This document shows, in pieces, positions 30,322 through 39,515 of a stretch of 43,661 nt of DNA. Each line of letters opens with the position of its first letter. Position 1 is the stretch's first letter. The notes beneath the pieces are model-generated. The model saw only the letters and a program-made list of their open reading frames with translations. It did not search any database and was not told the DNA's origin. Source of the DNA: a virus (Duplodnaviria; Heunggongvirae; Uroviricota; Caudoviricetes); the IMG/VR virus record IMGVR_UViG_3300028591_000092, positions 1 to 43,661 of that record. One strand, given 5' to 3'. The position numbers and the translations under genes were made by a program.

Positions 30322-30496
30322 AGAAGGATTTAAACTTAATACTCCTAAAATTGTTCATAATATTCTTAAACGAATAGAAAAGAACGGGGGAGATTGTCCT
30401 TGTACACATCCTGAAAATGATGGATGTATTCATTGTCCTTGTGATAGCTATATGAAAAGAGATCTTTGTTATTGTGGTTTATATATTAAAAAATAA
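30302..30496 (+). CDS. Ferredoxin-thioredoxin reductase catalytic subunit-like protein
   Basis: CPC...CPC...CYCGLY triad. Confidence 0.8.
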   Translation: MTQIVIKEGFKLNTPKIVHNILKRIEKNGGDCPCTHPENDGCIHCPCDSYMKRDLCYCGLYIKK

Positions 30497-30500
30497 AAAA

Positions 30501-30977
30501 ATGAATCAAGTAATAAAAGTTGTTAATAACAGTACTAACCCCCTTCCAACATTTGCTAAAGAAGGAGATGCCTGTGTTGATTTAAGAGTTTCATTTGAGG
30601 AAAGTGTTCCTGCTGGATATAATTATACTTATAATTCTGACTCAAGAAGCATAATGGTTTATCCTCATGGAAGAGTTTTAGTTGGTACCGGTTTACATAT
30701 TTCTTTTGACAAAAATTTCTTATTCAAAATTATGGAAAGAAGTGGTATAGGGTCAAAAGGTATAAAAGTAAATGCTGGAAATATTGATTCTGGGTATACT
30801 GGAGAAATAAAAATAAGTTTGTCTAATCTGTCTGAAAGACCTTTTATGATTTATGAGGGAGACAGAATAGCACAAGCAGCGCTCATTCCTATAGAACGAT
30901 TCACTTGGGATGTAGTTGATAAATTAGACGAATCAGATAGAGGCGATAGTGGCTTTGGTGCTTCTGGTCTTAATTAA
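30501..30977 (+). CDS. dut: dUTP diphosphatase (trimeric)
   Basis: DL, RSG, GNIDSGYTGEI, DRIAQ, RGDSGFGASG. Confidence 0.95.
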   Translation: MNQVIKVVNNSTNPLPTFAKEGDACVDLRVSFEESVPAGYNYTYNSDSRSIMVYPHGRVLVGTGLHISFDKNFLFKIMERSGIGSKGIKVNAGNIDSGYTGEIKISLSNLSERPFMIYEGDRIAQAALIPIERFTWDVVDKLDESDRGDSGFGASGLN

Positions 30978-31007
30978 GATGTACTTTTATTTTTTATTTA
31001 AATTTTT

Positions 31008-31247
31008 ATGATTATGATTACAGCAAATGATGCACGTGGAATGATGAACTATGAGAAAGCAATGAATTTTATTGACAAAAACATTAGAGCAGCTGCTTTG
31101 GAAGGAAAAACTGAGTATACCTATACTACAGATTATAAAGCAAAAGCCAGCAAGATTGTTTCTGAGCTTAAGGCTCTTGGATATGATGTTCGCTTTATTC
31201 ATACTCCTAATGGAGTCAGAGAGCATAAAATTGTAGCTCGTTGGTAA
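31008..31247 (+). CDS. Hypothetical protein
   Basis: ORF track. Confidence 0.65.
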   Translation: MIMITANDARGMMNYEKAMNFIDKNIRAAALEGKTEYTYTTDYKAKASKIVSELKALGYDVRFIHTPNGVREHKIVARW

Positions 31248-31440
31248 TTATGGATAATTTATATCACGAATTACAAACTCTATTAGAAGATTTTAGTAGA
31301 GATCGCACCCATGTAGCAGATAATACAGATCTGCTCATGGGATATGCTGATGATTTTTATGATATGTTAACAAGAATTAAAGACAAATTAGATTCTTTTT
31401 TACATGAGTAAAACAAAAGACTGGTTAATGGCATTGCAAT

Positions 31441-31650
31441 ATGGTTATGACATACGACGTACAGATATGCATAATAAGCCCAGTAACATACAAGGCAGTA
31501 CTACAAAAGTGTGTTATTAGTATAGACCATGTTCCTGATTATAAAGACGTTGTATGTGAGTTTTTTAAACAATGGGATAAGGAAGATAAATATACAACTT
31601 GTTATGCTATTGGTGTAGAATCAATGAAACTTCATGATAATCAGAACTGA
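31441..31650 (+). CDS. Hypothetical protein
   Basis: ORF track; overlaps the ligase start. Confidence 0.45.
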   Translation: MVMTYDVQICIISPVTYKAVLQKCVISIDHVPDYKDVVCEFFKQWDKEDKYTTCYAIGVESMKLHDNQN

Positions 31651-32821
31651 ACATTTAGTTATTTTAAATAACAAAAATAGAGTACAACACGTATTACTCC
31701 AACTTGAACAAAAAGAGTTGGGTAATACGTTTTGTATTTATAGAACAACTGGGCAATACGGTGGTAAAGAAGTTTATCAGCCTGCTATTACTATAGAATT
31801 TGGAAAAGGAAAACGAACAGTGTCTGAGCAATCAAGTCTTCAATTTAATGCATTATTAAAAAATTATTTAAATAAAGGATATAAGAGACTTTGTGATTTA
31901 ACTTCTATCCCTTATGACCAACTATCAGAAAATGGAATAAAAGCATTACTTGGAGAAACTTATACTACAGATACTTCTGGTATTCCTAAACCAATGTTGT
32001 GTAAATTACTTGACACTTGTACTACAGGAATAACAGAGAAGTGCTGGTATGTATCAAGAAAAATTGACGGCGTACGTGCATTGTTTTATTTTAAAAACGG
32101 AGAAGTACATACTGCATCAAGAGGAGGAAATACGTACGATCCTGCAACAACACACTTAAGAATGTGCCCAGAACTAGTTGAGCTTTTTAAATCTAATCCT
32201 AATTTAATATTAGATGGAGAATTATATAAACATGATATTAATTATCCTCTTCAAAAAATTTCTGGTCTTGCGAGATTAGATAAATGGAATGAAGAATGTG
32301 GAGAATTAGAATATTGGATATATGATTACGTTTCTAATGAGCCTTTTTCAGAAAGGGCTAAATTTTTATTAGGATTAAAACCTTTATTTGGAGAAAATTC
32401 TAAAATAAAAATTGTTGATCATGAATATATTTGTGGTCTTTATAAAATAAAAAGAAGACACGATCAGTATATTAGAGAAGGATTTGAAGGATTAGTAATG
32501 AGAAATCCTGATAAAGAATATGGAGTAAATAAACGTTCTTCTAAATATATGATCAAAATGAAAGAACGTAAATCCGAAGAGTTTACAATTGTTGATGTAA
32601 AAGACGGTTTACGCCCTGAAGACATGTGTTTTATTTTAGAAACAAATAAAGGCAAACGCTTTGCTGCAAAACCTATAGGTTCTGTTGAAGCAAGGCTCGA
32701 ATATTTATATAATGCTGGAAATTTTATTGGTAAAAAAGCAACATGTACGTTTTTTAATTATACCTCTGATGGTATTCCTAGTCAACCGATCTTCCAGCAC
32801 GTTAGGCCTGACGGAGAATAA
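31634..32821 (+). CDS. ATP-dependent DNA ligase
   Basis: PMLC, KIDGVR, LDGEL, YDY, EGLVMR, KMK. Confidence 0.94.
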   Translation: MIIRTEHLVILNNKNRVQHVLLQLEQKELGNTFCIYRTTGQYGGKEVYQPAITIEFGKGKRTVSEQSSLQFNALLKNYLNKGYKRLCDLTSIPYDQLSENGIKALLGETYTTDTSGIPKPMLCKLLDTCTTGITEKCWYVSRKIDGVRALFYFKNGEVHTASRGGNTYDPATTHLRMCPELVELFKSNPNLILDGELYKHDINYPLQKISGLARLDKWNEECGELEYWIYDYVSNEPFSERAKFLLGLKPLFGENSKIKIVDHEYICGLYKIKRRHDQYIREGFEGLVMRNPDKEYGVNKRSSKYMIKMKERKSEEFTIVDVKDGLRPEDMCFILETNKGKRFAAKPIGSVEARLEYLYNAGNFIGKKATCTFFNYTSDGIPSQPIFQHVRPDGE

Positions 32822-32852
32822 GGCTATTGTTTAATTTTAAATCTTTAATAGT

Positions 32853-33314
32853 ATGGTACAAAAACCTCCAGTAGACATAGAATGGTATGACGATGGTTTT
32901 TCTATGGAAGAGCAACAAGAATTAAAAGCAAAATATGCTAAAATTAAAGCAGCTAATCGTCCTAAAATTAAAGTAACAGAAAGATATCACAATAACACAA
33001 AAGACAAAATCATTTCTGAATTAAGACAAAAAGTTGCAGCTAATGAAGAGTATATTAAAGAACTTGAAGATCCTTATTGTAAAAAAACACGTCAAGAATT
33101 AAAAGAAGATAATGCTAAATTAATAAATCAGCTTAAAGAGTTTGAAAATCTTAAAAATCAGTATTCTCAACTTAACAAAAAATATCAAGCTGTTTTAGAG
33201 AATCCAGAACTTGGAGTTCAAAAGTATAGAGATACTATTAAAGATTTAGAAAAACAAGTAAAATCTTTAAAAAGTATTAGAGACGAATTAATTACAAAAT
33301 TAAATAAACAATAA
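32853..33314 (+). CDS. Coiled-coil hypothetical protein
   Basis: Heptad-like K/E/L/Q-rich sequence. Confidence 0.7.
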   Translation: MVQKPPVDIEWYDDGFSMEEQQELKAKYAKIKAANRPKIKVTERYHNNTKDKIISELRQKVAANEEYIKELEDPYCKKTRQELKEDNAKLINQLKEFENLKNQYSQLNKKYQAVLENPELGVQKYRDTIKDLEKQVKSLKSIRDELITKLNKQ

Positions 33315-33315
33315 T

Positions 33316-33678
33316 ATGGCAAGACTAACTTGGGCTAAAAAATTAAATAATAGACTTAAAAGAAATTGGAATTTAGAAATTGATTTTTCTAAATGTTTTA
33401 TAGCTGTTGCTTGTGGTAAGAGAGATAGAAAAACATGGTCTTCTCCAACTCCTATAAATGATGAACGTATTCGCAGAATATATAATGAATTATTAAGAGC
33501 ATCAAAAAGAGATTCTATTGATGTTTGTTATTTAAACTGTTACGATTGGAACGAAGGATGGGAAACAGATAGAATTAGAGAAGTTGAATATTATGGATAT
33601 TATAATAGTTATATATTAATTTCTGTGAAAACTCCAACAGGAAGACAAAAATTAACAATTGATAGTCGCCATGTTTGA
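33316..33678 (+). CDS. Hypothetical protein
   Basis: ORF track. Confidence 0.65.
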   Translation: MARLTWAKKLNNRLKRNWNLEIDFSKCFIAVACGKRDRKTWSSPTPINDERIRRIYNELLRASKRDSIDVCYLNCYDWNEGWETDRIREVEYYGYYNSYILISVKTPTGRQKLTIDSRHV

Positions 33679-33949
33679 TGAAATTTTTAAAAGATGGATC
33701 AATACCGGGCAACTATCTGAAAATGATATCGTCCCCTTATTTCTTGAATGGAATCAAACATTTGGAGATGGCAAGGGAACTCCACAAGAAGTTATATCTT
33801 TATTACATGTTATACAGACAGATTATTATAGAATAATGTGTAAAATTCTAAAATACGTCGGAATAATAAAAGGGTATAATTGGGCTGAAATTTATGACAA
33901 AAATGGAACTTTTGTCGCTAGATATTGGAATAAACCTTTAAAAAAATAA
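33671..33949 (+). CDS. Hypothetical protein
   Basis: ORF track; ATG 33671. Confidence 0.65.
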   Translation: MFDEIFKRWINTGQLSENDIVPLFLEWNQTFGDGKGTPQEVISLLHVIQTDYYRIMCKILKYVGIIKGYNWAEIYDKNGTFVARYWNKPLKK

Positions 33950-33953
33950 TAAT

Positions 33954-34136
33954 ATGAAAAATTGGAATTGGAAACAATGGACTGCTTTTGGTATAATTTG
34001 TGCTATTGTAATTGCTGCAGTAGTATGTCATTTAGTTCAACCTGCAGTTTCTTATGCATGGCTTGAAGTAGTATCTCTTTGTACCGCAGCTTTAGGTGGT
34101 GTTGCTGGATATTTTATAGGCAAAAATAAGAAGTAA
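33954..34136 (+). CDS. Small membrane protein, two predicted TM helices
   Basis: Two hydrophobic stretches and a basic tail GKNKK. Confidence 0.75.
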   Translation: MKNWNWKQWTAFGIICAIVIAAVVCHLVQPAVSYAWLEVVSLCTAALGGVAGYFIGKNKK

Positions 34137-34137
34137 T

Positions 34138-34359
34138 ATGAATCAAGAAGAATTACAAAGTTTGGTAACTAGATTATTAGACAGTAAAGCAATAACATCA
34201 AAAGAAGCAATTGAACTTTTGAAATTATCTTTACCAGAAAAAACTAATACTATCTATGTGCCAAGTTATATACCTAGTTATTGGTCGTGGGGATATCCAT
34301 ATTTTACTACTACGCACAATACATCCTCATTTACAAATGACACAAGTACACATAATTAA
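34138..34359 (+). CDS. Hypothetical protein
   Basis: ORF track. Confidence 0.6.
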   Translation: MNQEELQSLVTRLLDSKAITSKEAIELLKLSLPEKTNTIYVPSYIPSYWSWGYPYFTTTHNTSSFTNDTSTHN

Positions 34360-34361
34360 TT

Positions 34362-34805
34362 ATGTATAAAGAAATTCAAAAATTAATGTCTTCTGCATTA
34401 AAGGTAGGAGATAAAAATAAACTTAATACTTTACGACTAATTAAATCAGAATTTTTACTTGCTGAAAAAAACAATATTACAATAACCGACTCTGTAGAAC
34501 AAAAAATCCTGTCTAAGATGATTACTCAAAGACAGGATTCTATAGATCAATATATAAAAGCTGGAAGATCAGAACTTGCTAATAATGAAAAAATTGAAAT
34601 TGATATTATTAAAAGCTATCTTCCAGAACAACCAAACGAAGAAGTTTTAAAGAATCATATTAGAAAATGTATAGATGCTTTTAAAGAAAATAATTCAACA
34701 GTTTCTCTAAAAGACACTAAAACAATAATTGATTTAGCAAAACAAAAATATAATTTTCCAGTAATTGGAAAACTAGTTAGTCAAGTATTAAAAGAATATG
34801 TATAA
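34362..34805 (+). CDS. GatB/YqeY domain protein
   Basis: ALKVGDK..LNTLRLIKS, QRQDSIDQYIKAGRSELANNE..EI..I.SYLP. Confidence 0.9.
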   Translation: MYKEIQKLMSSALKVGDKNKLNTLRLIKSEFLLAEKNNITITDSVEQKILSKMITQRQDSIDQYIKAGRSELANNEKIEIDIIKSYLPEQPNEEVLKNHIRKCIDAFKENNSTVSLKDTKTIIDLAKQKYNFPVIGKLVSQVLKEYV

Positions 34806-34851
34806 AAAACAACCCCTATCTGGAGAAATCCAGGTAGGGGTATTTTTTTTT
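34803..34851. terminator. Bidirectional intrinsic terminator between the convergent blocks
   Basis: Stem ACCCCTATCTGGA-GAAA-TCCAGGTAGGGGT with a 9-T tract on the right and an A-rich tract on the left. Confidence 0.9.
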
Positions 34852-34855
34852 CTTG

Positions 34856-37800
34856 TTATGCTAAATGTGCATCTTTTACTATTGATAAATTATTGTTTAT
34901 TGCATTCCAAAAACGATAATTATCCTTTTGTAACACTTTTACAGAGTCTCCATATATCTAGCTAATGTACTCTGTGCCAGCAAAATCAAAGTCAACTACT
35001 GGATCAACAACAGACTGTTTAAAATCTAGGTCTCCGCCTATTTTTATTGCCAAGTCGTATGCTTGGTGTTCTATAGTGGAAAGCTCTTTTTTGTCCATAG
35101 AACCTTCTGTCATTAGCATTAACATAATTGTTCCGAATAATGAGCCAAACAATAGATTAAATAATGCTAATAACGCCAGCTTCCATTGCTGAGGATTATC
35201 TTTTAAGTGTTTTCTGTCAACCAAAAGATCTCTTCCTGTTTTAACTAAAGAAACCAACAATCCATCCATTGGAGTAGATTTCCATGACATTACTGGTGTG
35301 TTATATTTTCCTTCGGCATTCTTCTCGTTAGTTGTTTTTATTTTATTTCCTAGAGAATCTTCTTCCCAATATAATGGCAAAGGATTACCGTCTTTATCTT
35401 TCTCTATTGGATCAACCTCTTGAACATAATGCCCTGCGCTGCCGTCTAATCCTATTTGCAACCATTTCTGTACATCGCCTGGCAAATATGTTAAGAATTG
35501 TGTAAACATGTTATACCATGTTTCGTTCTAGAATATTGACTTTTCTTCGTGATCATAATATCCATACAACAGACCTATTTGCTCTTTGATAGAATTACGT
35601 TCTTGCGTTGTATAAGCCATTGGTAGAGGATCGTATTTTCCGTCTTGACCATAGTGCAGATTTACAAAGCCCTCTGATTCAAATTGCTTCATCAGCGTCA
35701 TATATAAAGCTTTTTGCTTTTCGAAGTTCTTTGTCGAATAACTTTTATCATTTCTATGTGCCCAAAATTCATTAAAGCGCTCATCTTTAGCTATGTCATA
35801 ATGTAATGTTCCATCATCTCCTTTTGAGTGCGCATTCCATGTTCCATCAGCTATCATCTTAGCGACAAAAATTGTCATTCTTACAAACCAGTCAGGTCTT
35901 ACGGTGTTGTAGAATAATGTTCTACTACCAGTATTAAATATTCCATAGTTATCAGCAGATAGTTTAGCACTTAATGCATTAGCATCTCTATCTGTAATAG
36001 CATACTCATCATTAATTAATCCAAGCAGATCTTTTTCTCCCAAGTCTAATTTGCCAGTTAACTTGTCTACTTTTTCAGTTATTAAACTTTTTCCATAAAC
36101 ATATGATGCAGCTTCTAACAAAATAGGAAGCGTTATTTCTTTACCATTTTGTATAAATCCTGACATTATAGCGCTTATGTTTTTAAGAGTTCCTAATGTC
36201 ATTTCCTTGAAATATAACATTGGTCTTAAAGCAATCTTTGTATAGCTGCCAAATGATTTTGCAAGCCCAAGTAATGCCATAAGATCTGTATATTCTTTAT
36301 CAACTAGAGAGTCATTATATACAGAAATTTTTACTCTTTTAAACATAGCCTCAATCCTATCAGACATGTCTTGGCCAGTCATGTTTTCAATTGCTTTTAA
36401 AACAAATATCTGATTATCAATTGTTTTTAAAAGTTTCTTTTGAACGTTATATTGAATGTATGCAAGTGTAAAGTCATTTGTTAGTTCAGTAAAGTTCCAT
36501 TCAAAATCAGTCGGAAGTTTCTTTTCTAGTCTTTGAACTCTAGATTCCGAATCTTCTAGGAACTGATTGAACGCCTCTAAAGAATTTTCTTTATTTAACT
36601 TTTCTTGTCTTTGATAGGATGTTAGTCTTTGCGGATTGATAAATTCTCTTAATCGATCTAACTATTCATTATATAATTGCTCAAAGCTCTTGTCTCCAGA
36701 CAAAAATGCAGTTACACCTAACGCTAATCCTCGTGCGCCACTTGCTGGTTTTAAAGGAATATTTAATAATGATATATCAGAATTAACAGCTTTCACATAT
36801 TTGTCAAAAGCAACTTTGTTTTCTTTTAACTACTTATATGTTAGAGATTTATATTCTTCATCTAATTGAGAGTTGTGAATCCTTTTCCTATTTATTGACC
36901 AAAGAATTACCTCAAGATATTCTTTTTCGTGTTCAGCAAGTTGCCCCGAGCTATATGGATTTATGAATCTAAATCCTCCAGCGAGTTTACTTTGGTCTTT
37001 TGGGTCTTTTTCAATTAGCGCTTTATAATATGGACTATGTCTTCCAAATACAGCATCTTGGATTCTTCCTCCAGGCATTATATTGTCTTGTATATAATTG
37101 AAGTACTTTCTAGCAGCATCGTTTACTTCTTTTATTTCGTCTATAAACTATTTACGAACCTAAGTAAAATACGAGTCGATAGCCAAGTTAATTCTTCGTC
37201 CCATTTCATCTGGATTCTTATATGAAACAGAACTTTCTAATCCATTAGCAAGTCCAGTAATCAGATATCCATCAGAAGTATACGCTTTTATCTGTCCTCT
37301 AGCTAAAAGATATATACCAGCAACAAGAGAATCCTAGAATGAATAACCCTGTTTTGTTATATTTGGGATCTTGTCAGACAATATTCCTTGCAACTATGCT
37401 GTAAGCGCAGCACAATATGCATATGCTCTTTGGACTGGAGTTTCTACTTCCTAATGTGTCTTTTTCTGTTGATTAAACTCTGCTGGGTATGATCTTTTCA
37501 GCTCTGACTAAATAGTCTCAAGTTTAGAAATTTTTTGTTGTAAAGAAAGAGTTGAGAAATGATCAGGAAATTCAATGTCAACATCCATTACAGACGTAAT
37601 TACTAAGTCCTCCAACCTCTACTCCATACTTACAAATTTAATTTCCTTGGCCTTTGTATAAGCATTTGAGAATACGCCAACGTTTTCTACTGGCGATTTA
37701 GAATCTCTTGATTCAGCTTCTAATAATCTTAATGAGTTTAAGAACCCATCAAAATTTAAGTTGAACGAAGAAGAACCGTCAGTATAAGAAAATACTTTTA

Positions 37801-39514
37801 TATCCTAAACCTCGGCTCCCTCAGGAATAAGGTCATTGAATTGGCTAATATAAATTAATCCTTCCATTAATTTTGCATTTGCCATGTTCATTACTGGTAA
37901 ATCCTTATATCCAAAGTATTTAGATTTGATGGAATCTGGAACGATATCACTTATAATCTTGTCGCCTTTTTCTTTGTTTTCTTTATCCCAGTCAGGATTT
38001 TGATATAGAGATTTACTGTCCGTTAGAATTAAATATTCTACCCTATTTAATCCTTTATTATACATCGTAAGTATACCCTTTCCTTCAAGTGCATTATTGC
38101 GTATTACTTCCCACGTAGGAGAAAGATATTTGTGTAAATTCTATGCAATACGCTTATTTTGTGCTTGCTCTCTTGATAATAAATACGACAATGCGTCTTT
38201 ATCTCCAGAAGTTAGTACTCTAATATATTGTCCAATAATTTCGTCCTTCTTATCTTTTATTGCTTGAATTTCATCATTAATAAATGATTCTAATGAAATA
38301 GCTTCGTCTTTCTTAGTTCCGTCAGCATACGTTATTTGTATCTTACCATCTGTAATTGTTCCTGAAACTATTTCGTTTTCTTTGTGTAATTTAAATGGCT
38401 TGTTTTTGCGGCATTGTTCCTCAATATATAATTTATAGTTTTCCTTTTCTAACTTATTAAAGAACTTACTTCTATATAATGTAGACGTCATCTTTCCAGC
38501 CTAATCTAAACGATTCTATTCATCAGACGACATTATATTCTTTACAACCCTTGGAAATATATCTTTTAACTCAATATTTGCAGAACTCTTTTGATTAAAT
38601 TCTAATTCTGACTCAGCATCAACCATTCCATTAAACTTTATTTTCCCTTCTGAATAATGAATGTTGATGTTCATAAGCTTACAAGTTTTCCAGTTAACTC
38701 CATTTAACTATAGCATTCTTCTATAACACTCTAACTGCATATAGTGTGCTCTTTTTGACTTTGAGCTTACCGCCTTAGAACTAGTCTTGAAATCTACTAT
38801 TATAACATTGCCTTCATTATCATAAACAAGCAAATCTATTTTTCCTTTTATAGGATTATTTGCATTAGGATTACTTACTATTGGAAGCTCACATTGTAAA
38901 GATTTGCCTCTTAAATTTTCGTTGTTTACAATGTCTTCTATTAAGGCTTCTATTTGATTATAAACTCCAGATTCCTCAGAATTAGCCCATTTTATAAAAT
39001 CAACAACTCCTTTCTAAAATCCTTGAACATTACTGTTTATAAAATTTTTATCAGAATCTGAAAGCTGCTCATATTTATTTAAATAGTTTTTAAGATTATT
39101 TTTAAGCTATACTCTTGCAGCGGTCTCCTTATCTAAATCTTTAGATAGCCTATACTGAAGAATAGCATGAATATCAGTTCCGAAGTCTTTAACAAAATCA
39201 TTCATAAATTTTGTTATTTTACTATCGCTGTCTTGGTTTGATTTTTTCCCCTCAACAATAGATGTTACAGACTATCCTGATTTCTTTTCAGCTGTTTTTC
39301 TGATTTCATTTAATTTGCTATTCATTTCTTCAGTATAGCTTGCGTGATACCGAACAAATTTTCCTCTATTATTATCCCATACAGCCTATTTTATGCCCTG
39401 CAAAGTAGGCCATTTTATAATACCATCATTATCGCCGTAGCTTAATTTTTTTAAATCTTCCGAGGACTTTTTCAAGTCCTCAGAAGATTCAGAATATACA
39501 TAAAAGCATGCCAT
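34856..39514 (-). CDS. Large virion/ejection protein (1552 aa) with an N-proximal RecB-family PD-(D/E)XK nuclease domain, TAG-recoded
   Basis: Single frame from ATG (MACFYVY) to TAA 34856 with about 20 TAG and no TAA/TGA; motifs FGTDIH, KGKIDLL, IVDFKTS, QLECY. Confidence 0.85.
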
Positions 39515-39515
39515 A

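Noticed and set aside
1254-32655. Short antisense and alternate-frame ORFs within + strand genes
   Set aside because: They overlap well-supported genes and have no protein features.
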